Source: Demequina sp.
Lineage (GTDB): Bacteria; Actinomycetota; Actinomycetes; Actinomycetales; Demequinaceae
Direction: 5' to 3'
NCBI RefSeq assembly: GCF_049841215.1
Contig: NZ_JASGEO010000024.1
Location: 73,322 to 137,321, forward strand
Length of the DNA: 64,000 bases
Numbering within the stretch: the first letter of the stretch is position 1; each line of letters begins with the position of its first letter. The notes under the pieces are model-generated. The model searched no databases, was not told the origin of the DNA, and was given only the letters and a program-made list of their open reading frames with translations. Below, piece by piece: positions 1-10,787 of this stretch. Both the position numbers and the translations under genes were made by a program.

Positions 1-149
1 ACGATGGTCTCGCTCGGCACCACGGGGAAGATGCCGTCGATGAGGGACATCGTGAACAGCCAGAAGTAGATCCACAGCGAGTCCGCGGCGGCGACGATGG
101 CCTCCTCGGCCGTCGACGTGAAGTGAACTACCCAGTCCCACCAGCTCAT
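1..149 (-). CDS. DedA/VTT-family membrane protein, N-terminal fragment (gene continues past the window start)
   Basis: Manual minus-strand translation from ATG at 149..147 gives [50 protein letters not shown]. It has a hydrophobic segment and a DGxFPVVPSE motif recalled from DedA proteins. Its start overlaps the glmM stop (ATGA). Confidence 0.55.
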   Translation of the reverse strand, partial: MSWWDWVVHFTSTAEEAIVAAADSLWIYFWLFTMSLIDGIFPVVPSETI

Positions 150-1510
150 GGCAGCGCGAGCCGCTCACGCACCACGCCCGCCAATGCGTCCGCATGGCGC
201 TTGGCGTCCTCCGAGGTGCTTGCCTCCACCATCACGCGCACCAAGGGTTCGGTGCCCGACGGCCGGAGCAGCACGCGCCCTCTGTCACCGAGTTCTGCGC
301 GCGCCTTGGCAACGGCGTCGCCGAGTTCGCGGTCCGTGTGGACTCGGGTGCGGTCGCAGTTGGGCACGTTGACGAGCACTTGCGGCAGCGACTTGATGCC
401 ACCCGCCAGCTCCGCGAGGGTGCCATTGGCGGCAACCTGGGCGGCGAGCACGAGGGAGGTCAGCACGCCATCGCCCGTGGTGGCGTAGTCGGTGAGGATG
501 ATGTGGCCGGACTGCTCACCACCGAGCGTGTAGCCGCCCTCACGCATCGCCTCGAGCACGTAGCGGTCGCCCACCGCGGACTCGATGATGGTGATGTCGG
601 CTGCGCGCATCGCCTGGTGCAGCCCCAAGTTACTCATCACGGTGGCCACAAGCGTGCCGTGATACAGCGAACCGGACCGCTTCATCGCGAGCGCGAGCAG
701 GCCCATGATCTGGTCGCCATTCACCACCGCGCCCGTGGCGTCCACGGCGAGGCAACGGTCCGCGTCGCCGTCGAAGGCCACGCCAAGGTCGGCGCCCAAC
801 TCCACCACCGCGGCCTGGAGTCCTTCGAGGTGGGTGGAGCCAACCCCGTCGTTGATGTTGAGGCCGTCCGGCTCCACGTTGATCGCGTGCACCTCCGCGC
901 CCGCCGCTCGCAAGGCTGCGGGGCCCACCTCGCTCGCGGCGCCGTGACCGGCGTCAACCACGATGCTCACTCCGGCGAGCGGGGTGTCGACGCCCGCGAA
1001 TGAGGCGACGGCAGAGACCACGTGGTCCACGTACTCCTGCGCAAGGTGCGCGGACTGGACGATCCTGCCTACTGCGCCGGCCGTCGGGCGTTCCCACGCC
1101 TCACCGAGGCGAGCCTCGATGGCCTCTTCCACAGCGTCGTCCAGCTTGTGGCCGCCGCGAGCGAAGAACTTGATGCCGTTGTCGGGGGCGGGATTGTGGG
1201 AGGCGGAGAGCACCACCCCAAGGTCCGCCTCCGTGGAGGCCGTGAGGTAGGCGATGCCGGGCGTGGGCAACACGCCGACGTTGAGCACGTCAACACCCGC
1301 AGAAGCGAGTCCGGCCGCGACAGCCGCACTCAGGAACTCGCCTGAGATGCGGGTGTCGCGGCCGATGACTGCTCGGGGACGGTGCCCAGAAAATTCGCCT
1401 CGCTCGGCAAGGACGTGCGCGGCGGCAACCGCGAGATCCACCGCAAGCTCTGCGGTGATGTCGCGATTCGCTACGCCACGGACTCCGTCCGTGCCGAACA
1501 AGCGCGCCAT
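146..1510 (-). CDS. glmM: phosphoglucosamine mutase
   Basis: 454 aa ORF. N-terminus is [12 protein letters not shown] and the phosphoserine loop is [11 protein letters not shown]. It sits in the rplM-rpsI-glmM arrangement. Confidence 0.95.
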   Translation of the reverse strand: MARLFGTDGVRGVANRDITAELAVDLAVAAAHVLAERGEFSGHRPRAVIGRDTRISGEFLSAAVAAGLASAGVDVLNVGVLPTPGIAYLTASTEADLGVVLSASHNPAPDNGIKFFARGGHKLDDAVEEAIEARLGEAWERPTAGAVGRIVQSAHLAQEYVDHVVSAVASFAGVDTPLAGVSIVVDAGHGAASEVGPAALRAAGAEVHAINVEPDGLNINDGVGSTHLEGLQAAVVELGADLGVAFDGDADRCLAVDATGAVVNGDQIMGLLALAMKRSGSLYHGTLVATVMSNLGLHQAMRAADITIIESAVGDRYVLEAMREGGYTLGGEQSGHIILTDYATTGDGVLTSLVLAAQVAANGTLAELAGGIKSLPQVLVNVPNCDRTRVHTDRELGDAVAKARAELGDRGRVLLRPSGTEPLVRVMVEASTSEDAKRHADALAGVVRERLALP

Positions 1511-1520
1511 GCGCTCGAAC

Positions 1521-2012
1521 TTAACGCTTCGAGTACTGCGGCGCGCGGCGGGCCTTCTTGAGACCGGCCTTCTTGCGCTCCACGGCGCGAGCGTCGCGGG
1601 TCAGGAAGCCAGCCTTCTTGAGGGCGGGACGGTTGTTGTCCTCGTCGATCACGTTGAGGGCACGGGCCACGCCGAGGCGCAGCGCGCCCGCCTGGCCGGA
1701 GGTGCCGCCGCCGTGGATGCGGGCGTGGACGTCAAACTTGCCCTCGATGTCCAGGAGCGCGAACGGGGAGTTCACGAGCTGCTGGTGCACCTTGTTGGGG
1801 AAGTACGACTCAAGGTCACGACCGTTGATGGTCCACTTGCCCGTGCCGGGGACGAGGCGAACGCGCGCCACGGCCTCCTTGCGGCGGCCAAGGCCGGCGC
1901 CGGGGTTGACAGCGGAGGCACCCTTGCCGCGGACCGGAGCGGTCTCGCTGGTGTACTCCGTGGGGGTCTCGTCGTCGATGTCGATGTCGACGGTCTCAGT
2001 CACGTCAGTCAC
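1521..2012 (-). CDS. rpsI: 30S ribosomal protein S9 (uS9)
   Basis: 163 aa ORF ending in RRAPQYSKR, directly downstream of rplM. Confidence 0.95.
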   Translation of the reverse strand: MTDVTETVDIDIDDETPTEYTSETAPVRGKGASAVNPGAGLGRRKEAVARVRLVPGTGKWTINGRDLESYFPNKVHQQLVNSPFALLDIEGKFDVHARIHGGGTSGQAGALRLGVARALNVIDEDNNRPALKKAGFLTRDARAVERKKAGLKKARRAPQYSKR

Positions 2013-2037
2013 TGTGTTCAGTCCTTAATTCCCGCGC

Positions 2038-2481
2038 TTACTGCGCGACCTGCGAGATCTCGAATGCCTGCGGCTGCTGCGCGGCGTGGGGGTGCTCAGA
2101 GCCTGCGTAGACCTTGAGGTGGGTCAGCTGCGTGGCGGCAAGCTTGTTCTTGGGGAGCATGCCCTTGACCGCGTTCTCGATGACGCGCGTGGGGTGCTTC
2201 TCGAGGAGTTCGCCAACCGGCATCTCCTTGAGGCCGCCCGGGTAGCCCGAGTGACGGTAGACCATCTTGTCCGTGAGCTTATTGCCCGTGAGGGCAACCT
2301 TCTCTGCGTTGATGACGATGACGAAGTCGCCACCGTCGACGTGGGGAGCAAACGTCGCCTTGTGCTTGCCGCGGAGCAGCGTAGCAACCTGAGAAGCAAG
2401 ACGACCGAGGACCACGTCAGTAGCGTCGACGACGTACCAGTTCTTGGTGACGTCCGCCGGCTTGGGGGTAAACGTGCGCAC
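2038..2481 (-). CDS. rplM: 50S ribosomal protein L13 (uL13)
   Basis: 147 aa ORF with GTG start, beginning [20 protein letters not shown], which is typical of L13. Confidence 0.95.
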   Translation of the reverse strand: MRTFTPKPADVTKNWYVVDATDVVLGRLASQVATLLRGKHKATFAPHVDGGDFVIVINAEKVALTGNKLTDKMVYRHSGYPGGLKEMPVGELLEKHPTRVIENAVKGMLPKNKLAATQLTHLKVYAGSEHPHAAQQPQAFEISQVAQ

Positions 2482-2600
2482 TGTAAAGCCCTAACTATCC
2501 TGAAGTGTGAGCGGTGAAAAGACACCGCGAGGTTCGGTCGGCGAGTCCTGCGGCGGCGAGTGGGATGCACCAGTCCACGTGGAACGCACAACGAGGGTCA

Positions 2601-2630
2601 ATCATACCGGCGAGCACGTATCCGGGTCAA
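2601..2630 (-). promoter_or_regulatory. putative sigma-70-type promoter of the rplM-rpsI-glmM operon
   Basis: Minus-strand reading is TTGACC, an 18-nt spacer, then TATGAT, about 115 nt upstream of the rplM start. Confidence 0.45.
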
Positions 2631-2730
2631 TCTGGGGGAGCGACGCGCTGCGGTGCGAGGATTGACCGGCTCTAGCCCGTTCCCTGAGCGGGTGAGTGCT
2701 GGATTCCTCGCGAAACCAGCACCTGTGCAC

Positions 2731-3567
2731 TCACAGGACGCGGCGGGCCCTCGTCACCTCGGCTCGAGCGGACAGTTCCGTATCCGGCGGGTAGCCCACC
2801 TCCTCGAGCGTCAGGCCGTACGGTGGAGCCACCCAGATGGCCTGGGACCGCGAGCTCGAGGCGGCGACTTCCTGCAGCCACGCCACATCGCGCCGCCCAT
2901 CCCCCACCACCAACAGCGCGCCAACAAGCGAGCGCACCATCGAGTGGCAGAACGCATCGGCGCGCACCGTCGCCTCGATCACACCGGAGTCCGCGCGCGC
3001 CCAACTGAACTCGTGGAGCGTGCGGATGGTGGTGGCACCCTCGCGCCCGCGACAGAAGGCCGCAAAGTCGCGTAGCCCTGTCACCATGCCCGACGCTGCA
3101 TTCAGCAGTCCCACATCGAGGCTGCGGTCGTGGGCAAGCACGTAGCGGTGGTTCAGGGGGTCGGGGATCGTGTCCGTCACGCGGTAGATATAGCGGCGCT
3201 CTGTCGCCGCGAACCGGGCATCGAACCCGTCAGGCGCCTCGGTCACCGCGAAGATGCGGATGTCTTGCGGGAGCACGCCGTTGAGGCGCGTCAGCAGCCC
3301 GTCCGCGGGCGAGCGATCGGAGCGTCCGGGCATGCGTTCCCACGCACCAACAGGCAGGTCCACGTGCGCCTGCTGTCCCCTCGCGTGCACTCCGGCGTCG
3401 GTGCGGCCGGCCACCGTCACGCGCAGCGACGGCACGCGCGTGACTTGCTCAAGCGCGCCCTCCAACTCCCCCTGCACGGTGCGTAGCGCGGGCTGCGCGG
3501 CCCAGCCGGCGAAGTCGGTGCCGTCATACGCAAAAACGAGGCGGGCCCGCACAACCGATTCAGTCAT
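2731..3567 (-). CDS. truA: tRNA pseudouridine(38-40) synthase
   Basis: The ORF-track frame runs 2731..3648. I prefer the internal ATG at 3567 (MTESVVRARLVFAYDGTDFAGWAAQP), because the longer form would overlap rplQ. The sequence is TruA-like and the gene sits after rplQ. Confidence 0.9.
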   Translation of the reverse strand: MTESVVRARLVFAYDGTDFAGWAAQPALRTVQGELEGALEQVTRVPSLRVTVAGRTDAGVHARGQQAHVDLPVGAWERMPGRSDRSPADGLLTRLNGVLPQDIRIFAVTEAPDGFDARFAATERRYIYRVTDTIPDPLNHRYVLAHDRSLDVGLLNAASGMVTGLRDFAAFCRGREGATTIRTLHEFSWARADSGVIEATVRADAFCHSMVRSLVGALLVVGDGRRDVAWLQEVAASSSRSQAIWVAPPYGLTLEEVGYPPDTELSARAEVTRARRVL

Positions 3568-3613
3568 GGGGCCCGCCTCGCTAGGTCCTGCGACTACGCG
3601 CAGGATGACGTAC

Positions 3614-4270
3614 TTACTTGGCGTCCTCGTCGACGGAGTCGTCCGCACCCTCAGCGGGAGCGGCGGCGGACTCGGTGGTCTCGGCGACCTCCTCGGTCAC
3701 GTCCTCGGCGCCCTCGGCGGGAGCGTCGGAGTGAGCGCCCGTCTTGGACTCCTCGGCGATGGTCTCCTCGACCTCTTCGGAGGCAACCGTCTCCTCGGCG
3801 ACGTCCTCGGCGGGAGCCGCCTTAGCGTCGGCCTTCTTGTCCGCCTTCTTAGGAGCGGCAGCCTTCGCGGTGGCCTTCGAGGCCTCCTTGACGACAGCCT
3901 TCTTGGCGGGAGCGCCAAACTCGACGAGCTCGATCACGGCCAGAGGAGCGTTGTCACCCTTGCGGTTGCCCACCTTGGTGATGCGGGTGTAGCCGCCATC
4001 ACGCTCGGCGAAGCCGGGAGCGATCTCGGTGAAGAGCTTGTGCACAACGCCCTTGTCGGGAATGGTGCCGAGCACGCGACGGCGCGAGGCAAGGTCGCCA
4101 CGCTTGGCGATCGTCACGAGACGCTCGGCGTAGGGACGCAGACGCTTGGCCTTGGTCTCGGTGGTGGTGATGCGGCCGTGCTCGAAAAGGCTCTGCGCAA
4201 GGTTCGCCAGGATCTGACGCTCGTGGGCAGGGCCGCCGCCGAGGCGGGCACCCTTGGTGGGGGTAGGCAT
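3614..4270 (-). CDS. rplQ: 50S ribosomal protein L17 (bL17) with a long basic-then-acidic C-terminal tail
   Basis: 218 aa ORF beginning [24 protein letters not shown]. The C-terminal ~100 aa are Ala/Lys-rich and then Glu/Asp-rich. Confidence 0.95.
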   Translation of the reverse strand: MPTPTKGARLGGGPAHERQILANLAQSLFEHGRITTTETKAKRLRPYAERLVTIAKRGDLASRRRVLGTIPDKGVVHKLFTEIAPGFAERDGGYTRITKVGNRKGDNAPLAVIELVEFGAPAKKAVVKEASKATAKAAAPKKADKKADAKAAPAEDVAEETVASEEVEETIAEESKTGAHSDAPAEGAEDVTEEVAETTESAAAPAEGADDSVDEDAK

Positions 4271-4298
4271 GTCGATAGTTCCTTAGGTGATGTGCGAC

Positions 4299-5288
4299 TT
4301 AGTCGTCGGAGCCGGAGAAGTAAACACCAGCGGCGGAGCGGTCGTAGTCCACGACGCCGTCCTTGAGGGCGAAGCCAAGCTCTGCGAGCTTCTCCTTCAC
4401 CTCGGTGATGGACTTCTGGCCAAAGTTGCGGATGTCCATGAGGTCAGCCTCGGAGCGAGCGGTGAGCTCGCCAACCGTGTGGATGCCCTCGCGCTTGAGG
4501 CAGTTGTACGAACGCTGCGTGAGGTTCAGCTCCTCGATGGGCTGGTTGTAGTCCTCTTCGAGCGCCTCGTCGGAGTCCGACGGGCCAATCTCGATGCCCT
4601 CAGCGAACTCGTTCAGGCCCTTGGCGAGCGAGAACAGCTCCACGAGCGTGGAACCCGCGGACGCCACGGCGTCACGGGGCGCGATGGAGTTCTTGGTCTC
4701 AACGTCGATGATGAGCTCGTCAAAGTCGGTGCGCTGCGCAACACGCGTCGCCTCAACCTTGTAGGTCACCTTGAGCACGGGCGAGTAGATGGAGTCGACG
4801 GGGATCTGGCCGATCTCCGCGTCGTAGCTCTTGTTGAGGGCGGCGGGCACGTAGCCACGGCCACGCTCCACGGTGAGCTCCACCTCGAACTTGGCCTTCG
4901 AGTTGAGCGTCGCGATGTGGAGGTCGGGGTTGTGCACCTCGACGCCAGCCGGCGGGGCGATGTCGGCACCGGTCACGGCACCAGCACCCGACTTGCGCAA
5001 GTACAGGGTCACGGGCTCGTCGTGCTCGGAGGAGACAACGAGGTTCTTGAGGTTCAGCAGAATCTCGGTGACGTCTTCCTTGACACCGTCGATCGTGGTG
5101 AACTCGTGAAGCACGCCCTCGAAGCGCACCGACGTGATGGCGGCGCCAGGAATCGAGGAGAGCAGCGTGCGGCGCAGCGAGTTACCAAGCGTGTAGCCAA
5201 AGCCGGGCTCGAGCGGCTTGAGGGAGAACTGCGAACGGTTGTCCGAGAGAACCTTTTCGGTCAGGGTGGGACGCTGTGCAATAAGCAC
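4299..5288 (-). CDS. rpoA: DNA-directed RNA polymerase alpha subunit
   Basis: The ORF-track frame runs 4299..5309. I prefer the GTG at 5288 ([12 protein letters not shown]), which is preceded by GGAAAGGA. This matches the canonical actinobacterial RpoA N-terminus. Confidence 0.95.
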   Translation of the reverse strand: MLIAQRPTLTEKVLSDNRSQFSLKPLEPGFGYTLGNSLRRTLLSSIPGAAITSVRFEGVLHEFTTIDGVKEDVTEILLNLKNLVVSSEHDEPVTLYLRKSGAGAVTGADIAPPAGVEVHNPDLHIATLNSKAKFEVELTVERGRGYVPAALNKSYDAEIGQIPVDSIYSPVLKVTYKVEATRVAQRTDFDELIIDVETKNSIAPRDAVASAGSTLVELFSLAKGLNEFAEGIEIGPSDSDEALEEDYNQPIEELNLTQRSYNCLKREGIHTVGELTARSEADLMDIRNFGQKSITEVKEKLAELGFALKDGVVDYDRSAAGVYFSGSDD

Positions 5289-5383
5289 GGTTATTTCCTT
5301 TCCGAGCACCCACTATTTGATGCTCGCACCTGCGGGGGATCCTTCCCGCGGGGTCTGTGAAGTTGTTGGCGGGGCCGGGAGGC

Positions 5384-5410
5384 CCGACGCTGTGGTCACC
5401 ACAGCGTCGG
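5384..5410. repeat. perfect palindromic copy of the 14-nt intergenic repeat family
   Basis: CCGACGCTGTGG, then TCA, then CCACAGCGTCGG (12-bp arms). It lies in the 136-nt rpsK-rpoA spacer. Confidence 0.8.
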
Positions 5411-5424
5411 ACGTCCCGTAGCGA

Positions 5425-5814
5425 CTAGTTGCGGCGACGCTTAGGAGGGCGGCAGCCGTTGTGGGCCTGAGGCGTGACGTCCTTGATGGACGTGACCTCG
5501 AGGCCAGCGGCAGTGAGCGAACGGATCGCGGTGTCGCGACCGGAGCCCGGGCCCTTCACGAACACGTCAACCTTGCTCATGCCGGCCTCCTGGGCGCGGC
5601 GAGCAGCGGCCTCGGCGGCCATCTGCGCGGCGTAGGGCGTCGACTTGCGCGAGCCCTTGAAGCCAACCTGGCCGGAGGACGACCACGACACCACGGCACC
5701 GGAGGGGTCCGTGATGGAGATGATCGTGTTGTTGAACGTGGACTTGATGTGCGCCTGACCGTGAGCGACGGTCTTCTTGATCTTCTTGCGCGGCTTGCGC
5801 GTGGGAGCGGCCAT
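5425..5814 (-). CDS. rpsK: 30S ribosomal protein S11 (uS11)
   Basis: 129 aa ORF containing [19 protein letters not shown]. Confidence 0.95.
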   Translation of the reverse strand: MAAPTRKPRKKIKKTVAHGQAHIKSTFNNTIISITDPSGAVVSWSSSGQVGFKGSRKSTPYAAQMAAEAAARRAQEAGMSKVDVFVKGPGSGRDTAIRSLTAAGLEVTSIKDVTPQAHNGCRPPKRRRN

Positions 5815-5817
5815 GGC

Positions 5818-6186
<369 letters not shown>

Positions 6187-6309
6187 GTTCTTCCTGATCT
6201 CCATCAGTAGTCGGAGGTCTGACGCTCAGGCTTCCCGCTGATGTGGTGCGGGCCTCGGCCTCCGAGCCGAGGGCACAAACTGTGCCTGAACGAGGATCTA
6301 TGTAGTTGT

Positions 6310-6423
6310 CTAGCCCTGACGCTGCTTGTGGCGCAGGTTCTCGCAGATGACCATTACGCGGCCATTCCGTCGAATCACCTTGCACTTGTCGCAGATGGGC
6401 TTGACGCTGGGCTTAACCTTCAT
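6310..6423 (-). CDS. rpmJ: 50S ribosomal protein L36 (bL36), Zn-binding form
   Basis: Not in the ORF track because it is under 60 aa. Manual translation gives [37 protein letters not shown]. It lies between infA and rpsM. Confidence 0.9.
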   Translation of the reverse strand: MKVKPSVKPICDKCKVIRRNGRVMVICENLRHKQRQG

Positions 6424-6433
6424 GGTTCTTTTC

Positions 6434-6655
6434 TTACTTGTAGCGGTAGACGATGCGGCCGCGCGACAGGTCATAGGGGCTGAGCTCCACCACTACGCGG
6501 TCCTCTGGGAGGATCCTGATGTAGTGCTGGCGCATCTTTCCCGAGATGTGAGCGAGGACGAGGTGCCCGTTCGTCAGTTCCACACGGAATGACGCATTCG
6601 GCAACGCCTCGACCACAGTGCCCTCAACCTCGATGACGCCGTCTTTCTTGGCCAT
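6434..6655 (-). CDS. infA: translation initiation factor IF-1
   Basis: 73 aa ORF beginning [31 protein letters not shown]. Confidence 0.95.
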   Translation of the reverse strand: MAKKDGVIEVEGTVVEALPNASFRVELTNGHLVLAHISGKMRQHYIRILPEDRVVVELSPYDLSRGRIVYRYK

Positions 6656-6711
6656 GACTCCACTAACGTTGATGATTGGGAATGCGGGCGCGCAAAAACA
6701 CCCGACCTGCC

Positions 6712-6740
6712 ACTATACGCCACTTCGCCGTTGGGCTCAA
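6712..6740 (-). promoter_or_regulatory. putative sigma-70-type promoter of infA-rpmJ-rpsM
   Basis: Minus-strand reading is TTGAGC, a 17-nt spacer, then TATAGT, about 55 nt upstream of the infA ATG. Confidence 0.5.
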
Positions 6741-6775
6741 GCCCGGGTCACGGGCACCGGTCCTGGTTCCGGCCC

Positions 6776-7081
6776 CTAGGCGTAGATGCTGCGCAGGCGC
6801 TGTTCGGCGGCGTCAGCCACGCGCTGCACATGGTGGTCCGCGAGGTTCCGCACCACCGACGACGGCGTGCGCGGGTTCGAGATGAGCGCGAGCAGCACCT
6901 CTGGCCGGTGATCGTGCCCGAGCGAGATGAGCGCTCCTGCGGGGCAGTCTGTGCGGCTCGCAATCGCGGCCCTCACAGACGGCTCGCGATGCACCGCGAG
7001 CGACAGCAACTCGCTAGAGGTGACGTCTTGGGCGCCCGCCCTGTACAGCGCGTAGCGCACGTCGTGCGTTGTGACGTTCAC
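6776..7081 (-). CDS. hypothetical protein, possibly an LRV/HEAT-like helical repeat; short paralogue of the next gene
   Basis: The ORF-track frame runs 6776..7108 with a TTG start. The GTG at 7081 is preceded by GGGAGGGG at an 8-nt spacing. It shares the block RxxIAxRxDCPxGxxxxLxHDxxxEVxxAxxxNPR with the 7156..7923 product. Confidence 0.6.
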   Translation of the reverse strand: MNVTTHDVRYALYRAGAQDVTSSELLSLAVHREPSVRAAIASRTDCPAGALISLGHDHRPEVLLALISNPRTPSSVVRNLADHHVQRVADAAEQRLRSIYA

Positions 7082-7155
7082 CAGTGAACCCCTCCCGTTG
7101 GCCCTCAAATGTGGCCTGTGGTCCCAGCCTATCCCGCACGGCGCAGGAAATGCCG

Positions 7156-7923
7156 CTAGTCGCGCACTTTGAATCCGCGCACGGGGGCCGTGCGGGTTGG
7201 GGCCGGCGCATTGGGAGTTGAGTGCGGGGTAAAGATCTGTGGCACGGATGCTGGGGCCGGTTCACTGCCCGACGGCGCGGCCTGCACGGGTGCGAACGTC
7301 ACCATGGGCGGGGGCTGGGTGGGGACGGGCTGGGTGGGGACGGGCTCACCCGTGGCGATGTCCACCACGTTGAGGGGAGCCAGCTGCGGAATCACCATGC
7401 CATCCGCGGTCATTTGGGTTGGCAAGGGCGCTACGTGTTCGGCGAGCTCTGGCGTGTGCGCGTCCTCTTCCTCGGGCGAGGTTACGAACGTTCCCCCCGC
7501 GTCGAGCCGCGCTGCAGCCGCAGCGCGCACCGCGGACTTCCGGTGAAATGCGAGCTCCTCCACGAGGTCTCGCGGCAGCGCCGGATTCTCAAGAAGTGCG
7601 GTGACCACGTCCCCGGAGCGGTCCGCGCTGAGGTAGGCCATGACCGTCCGTTGCGCCCTGGGGTTGCGCGCGACGGCCGCACGCACCTCTGCCGAGTAGT
7701 CGTGGGCAAGCGTGACCATGAGTCCCCACGGGCAGTCATCGCGGCCCGCGATGCCTACGCGAACAAGAGTGTTGCGGCTTGCACCAAGCTCGAGCACTCG
7801 CGCCTTGTCCAGTGCAGGCTGAATTGCCTCGGCCACCTCGGCGCTCGCGCCCGGTGCGTAGTTGAATCCTCGCGCCATCTTGGCCCCCTGCCCGCCGGGC
7901 CCCAGGGTGAGGCCCCGTTGCAT
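7156..7923 (-). CDS. hypothetical protein with an LRV/HEAT-like repeat region and a Pro-rich C-terminal tail
   Basis: 255 aa ORF; an alternative ATG is at 7878 (MARGFNY). It contains repeats of the type NPxxPxxLxxxLxxDxxxxVRxAAA. The tail carries PVPTQPVPTQPPP. Confidence 0.6.
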   Translation of the reverse strand: MQRGLTLGPGGQGAKMARGFNYAPGASAEVAEAIQPALDKARVLELGASRNTLVRVGIAGRDDCPWGLMVTLAHDYSAEVRAAVARNPRAQRTVMAYLSADRSGDVVTALLENPALPRDLVEELAFHRKSAVRAAAAARLDAGGTFVTSPEEEDAHTPELAEHVAPLPTQMTADGMVIPQLAPLNVVDIATGEPVPTQPVPTQPPPMVTFAPVQAAPSGSEPAPASVPQIFTPHSTPNAPAPTRTAPVRGFKVRD

Positions 7924-8022
7924 GGCCGACGCTATGGGCGAGTGGTTTCAGTCACCGTCACCGCAGGTAACCGGCGTGTTAACTAAGGTCAGGATGTGAA
8001 GAACCCGACACCCAGCCGGGAC

Positions 8023-8829
8023 TTACCAAGCCGGGACGGGGACCACGCCGAACGGGGCGAGGCCCTCAGCGCCGCCGTCGGACGCCGTAAGAACCCAGAT
8101 GCCCGCCTCGTGAACTGCCACCGAGTGCTCCCAGTGAGCCGCACGGGATCCGTCGGCGGAGACTACCGTCCACTCGTCAGAGAGCGTGAGCGACTGGTCC
8201 GTTCCACGGATGAACATGGGCTCGATCGCGAGGCACATTCCCGGCTGCACCTTGGGCAAGCGGCCGCGCACGCGGTAGTTCAGGACGTCGGGCTCTTGGT
8301 GCATCTCGGTGCCGATGCCGTGGCCAACAAAGCCCTCCATGGGGTGCAGCCTCGCGGCAATGGCGACGTCCTCGATCGCGGCACCCACCTCATTGAGCCG
8401 CTTGGCGGTCGTGAGCGCAGCGATGCCCGCCCACATCGCGGTCCGCGTGGCGTCGCTCAGCGCGACATCGTCAGGGTCTGGGGTGTCGCCGATGACAAGC
8501 GTGATGGCGCTGTCGCCATGCCAGCCTTCGACGATGGCTCCGCAATCGATCGAGACCACGTCGCCGTCTTCGAGCACGCGGTTGCCGGGGATGCCGTGCA
8601 CCACCTCGTCGTTGACGGACACACACGTGGTGGCGGGGAAGCCGTGGTAGCCAAGGAAGTTGGACGTGGCGCCCCGCTCCGCGATGACTGCGGCGGCGGC
8701 CGCGTCAACGTCAGCGGTGGTGGCGCCGACAACCGCCGCTGTGCGCGCCGCCGCAAGTGCTGCCTCGACCACAACGCCTGCGCGAGCCATGATGGCCATC
8801 TGCGCCGTGGTCTTGAACTGGATGCCCAT
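8023..8829 (-). CDS. map: type I methionine aminopeptidase
   Basis: 268 aa ORF containing FLGYHGFPATTCVSVNDEVVHGIP and DCGAIVEGWHGD. It sits in the adk-map position. Confidence 0.95.
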   Translation of the reverse strand: MGIQFKTTAQMAIMARAGVVVEAALAAARTAAVVGATTADVDAAAAAVIAERGATSNFLGYHGFPATTCVSVNDEVVHGIPGNRVLEDGDVVSIDCGAIVEGWHGDSAITLVIGDTPDPDDVALSDATRTAMWAGIAALTTAKRLNEVGAAIEDVAIAARLHPMEGFVGHGIGTEMHQEPDVLNYRVRGRLPKVQPGMCLAIEPMFIRGTDQSLTLSDEWTVVSADGSRAAHWEHSVAVHEAGIWVLTASDGGAEGLAPFGVVPVPAW

Positions 8830-8847
8830 CAGGGGTCAGGCCCTTAA

Positions 8848-9408
8848 CTACGACAGCGCGGCGATGATGCGTGCGGTGACCTCGTCGATGTCACCAAGTC
8901 CATCAACCTGCACCAGCAGTCCGCGGCCCGCGTAGAACGCGGTGAGGGGGGCGGTTGACGTCGCGTACACGTCGAGACGCGTGCGAATGACCTCTTCGGT
9001 GTCGTCCGCGCGGCCCTCGATCTCGGCACGCTTGAGCAGCCGAGCGGTTACCTCGTCGAAGTCCGCCGTGAGCTCGATCGCGGCGTCGAGGCGAGTGTCG
9101 AGGTCGGCGAGCATCGCGTCCAGCTCAACCGCCTGCTCAGGGTTACGGGGGTAACCGTCGAGCAAAAACCCGGGCACAGCGTCGGGCTGTCCAAGGCGGT
9201 CACGCACGATGGCGTTCGTGAGCGAATCCGGAACCAACTGCCCAGCGTTCGTGAACTCTTGGGCTTGCTTGCCCAGCTCGGTTCCACCCTTGATGTTGGC
9301 GCGGAAGATGTCGCCCGTGGAGATCGCGGGGATCCCAAAGTGCTCCGAAAGGCGCGCGGCCTGCGTGCCCTTGCCGGCTCCGGGAGGGCCGAGGAGAATC
9401 GCCCGCAT
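8848..9408 (-). CDS. adk: adenylate kinase
   Basis: 186 aa ORF beginning [17 protein letters not shown] (P-loop). Confidence 0.95.
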   Translation of the reverse strand: MRAILLGPPGAGKGTQAARLSEHFGIPAISTGDIFRANIKGGTELGKQAQEFTNAGQLVPDSLTNAIVRDRLGQPDAVPGFLLDGYPRNPEQAVELDAMLADLDTRLDAAIELTADFDEVTARLLKRAEIEGRADDTEEVIRTRLDVYATSTAPLTAFYAGRGLLVQVDGLGDIDEVTARIIAALS

Positions 9409-10706
9409 TACTTGAGGAACCCTTCGTAGTGACGCTGCTCAAGCTGGGACTGGATGCGCTTGACGGTGTCGAGACCAACACCAACGAGAATCAGGATCGA
9501 CGTGCCACCGAACGGGATGTTGGTGGAGACGCCCATCATCACGAACGCCACCATCGGCACCAGCGCAACGATCGCGAGGTAGATGGAGCCCGCGGCCGTG
9601 ATCCGCGACAGCACGTACTCGAGGAAGTCGGCGGTGGGCTTGCCAGGGCGAATGCCGGGGATGAAGCCACCGTACTTCTTCATGTCGTCCGCAACCTGGT
9701 CAGGATTGAACGTGATCGCCGTGTAGAAGTAGGCGAAGAAGATGATCAGCAGGATGTAGAGCAGCATGTGCCCCGGCGCCTTGGGATCGGCGATGTTGTT
9801 CTGCATCCACACCACCCAGTCCGCGGGGTCATTCCCGGAGAACTGCGCGATGACAACGGGAAGCGTCAACAGCGACGACGCAAAGATCACGGGGATAACA
9901 CCCGCCATGTTGATCTTCAACGGGATGTACGTGGACGAGCCACCAAGAGTGCGACGGCCAACCACGCGCTTCGCGTACTGCACGGGGATACGGCGCTGGC
10001 TCTGCTCAACAAAGACAACCACCGCGATGACAACGAGCAGCAACAGCGCCAGCAGCAGCGTGTTCATGGGGCCATTGCTCGAACGCCAGATCGCCGAGAT
10101 GTTCGACGGGAACGAGGCGGCGATCGAGGTGAAGATCAGCAGCGACATGCCGTTGCCAACGCCGCGCTCGGTAATGCGCTCGCCGAGCCACATCACGAAC
10201 ACGGTGCCCGCGGTCATCGTCAGCACCATCATGGTGATGGTCTGCCACGACTCGTCAGGAACGACGGGGTACGCGCACCCAGGGAAGAACTGGCCGTTGC
10301 GCGCGAGCGTCACGTAGGACGCGGACTGCAAGGCCGCGAAGCCCACGGTAATGTAGCGCGTGTACTGCGTGAGCTTTGCCTGGCCTTCTTGGCCCTCGCG
10401 GTACAGCGTCTCGAACCGCGGAATCAGCACGCGGAGCAACTGCACGATGATCGACGCGGTGATGTAGGGCATGATGCCGAGCGCGAAAATCGACAAGTGG
10501 AGCAACGCGCCACCTGCAAAGAGGTTGAGGATGTCAAACGCCGCGTTGGTGTTGGTGCTTGCCGCACACAACTGCACGTTCTCGTAGTTGACACCCGGCG
10601 TTGGGATCGCCACACCAAGGCGATACACGGCCAGGATGCCAAGCGTGAGCAGCAGCTTCTTGCGCAGGTCCGGCGTGCGGAACGCACTCACGAAACCACT
10701 GAACAT
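9408..10706 (-). CDS. secY: preprotein translocase subunit SecY
   Basis: The ORF-track frame extends to 10742. The ATG at 10706 ([17 protein letters not shown]) follows a GGAGG Shine-Dalgarno sequence. It is a polytopic membrane protein. Confidence 0.95.
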   Translation of the reverse strand: MFSGFVSAFRTPDLRKKLLLTLGILAVYRLGVAIPTPGVNYENVQLCAASTNTNAAFDILNLFAGGALLHLSIFALGIMPYITASIIVQLLRVLIPRFETLYREGQEGQAKLTQYTRYITVGFAALQSASYVTLARNGQFFPGCAYPVVPDESWQTITMMVLTMTAGTVFVMWLGERITERGVGNGMSLLIFTSIAASFPSNISAIWRSSNGPMNTLLLALLLLVVIAVVVFVEQSQRRIPVQYAKRVVGRRTLGGSSTYIPLKINMAGVIPVIFASSLLTLPVVIAQFSGNDPADWVVWMQNNIADPKAPGHMLLYILLIIFFAYFYTAITFNPDQVADDMKKYGGFIPGIRPGKPTADFLEYVLSRITAAGSIYLAIVALVPMVAFVMMGVSTNIPFGGTSILILVGVGLDTVKRIQSQLEQRHYEGFLK

Positions 10707-10747
10707 GAATCCTCCAGTTGTGGGGCGCCTCTCACGAGGCACGGTGT

Positions 10748-10776
10748 GGGCCCGCTGCCAACATTGGAGCGGGCCC
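10748..10776 (-). other. intercistronic stem-loop between rplO and secY
   Basis: GGGCCCGCT, an 11-nt loop, then AGCGGGCCC (perfect 9-bp stem). There is no U-tract. Confidence 0.5.
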
Positions 10777-10787
10777 AGCGACCGATT

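Noticed and set aside
2595-2669. GGGTCAATC occurs twice, with an inverted GATTGACCGG, upstream of rplM. I first suspected a dedicated repeat or operator.
   Set aside because: This is largely explained by a good promoter: one copy contributes the -35 TTGACC, and TATGAT overlaps the other. The remaining inverted copy may simply form a truA-distal hairpin.
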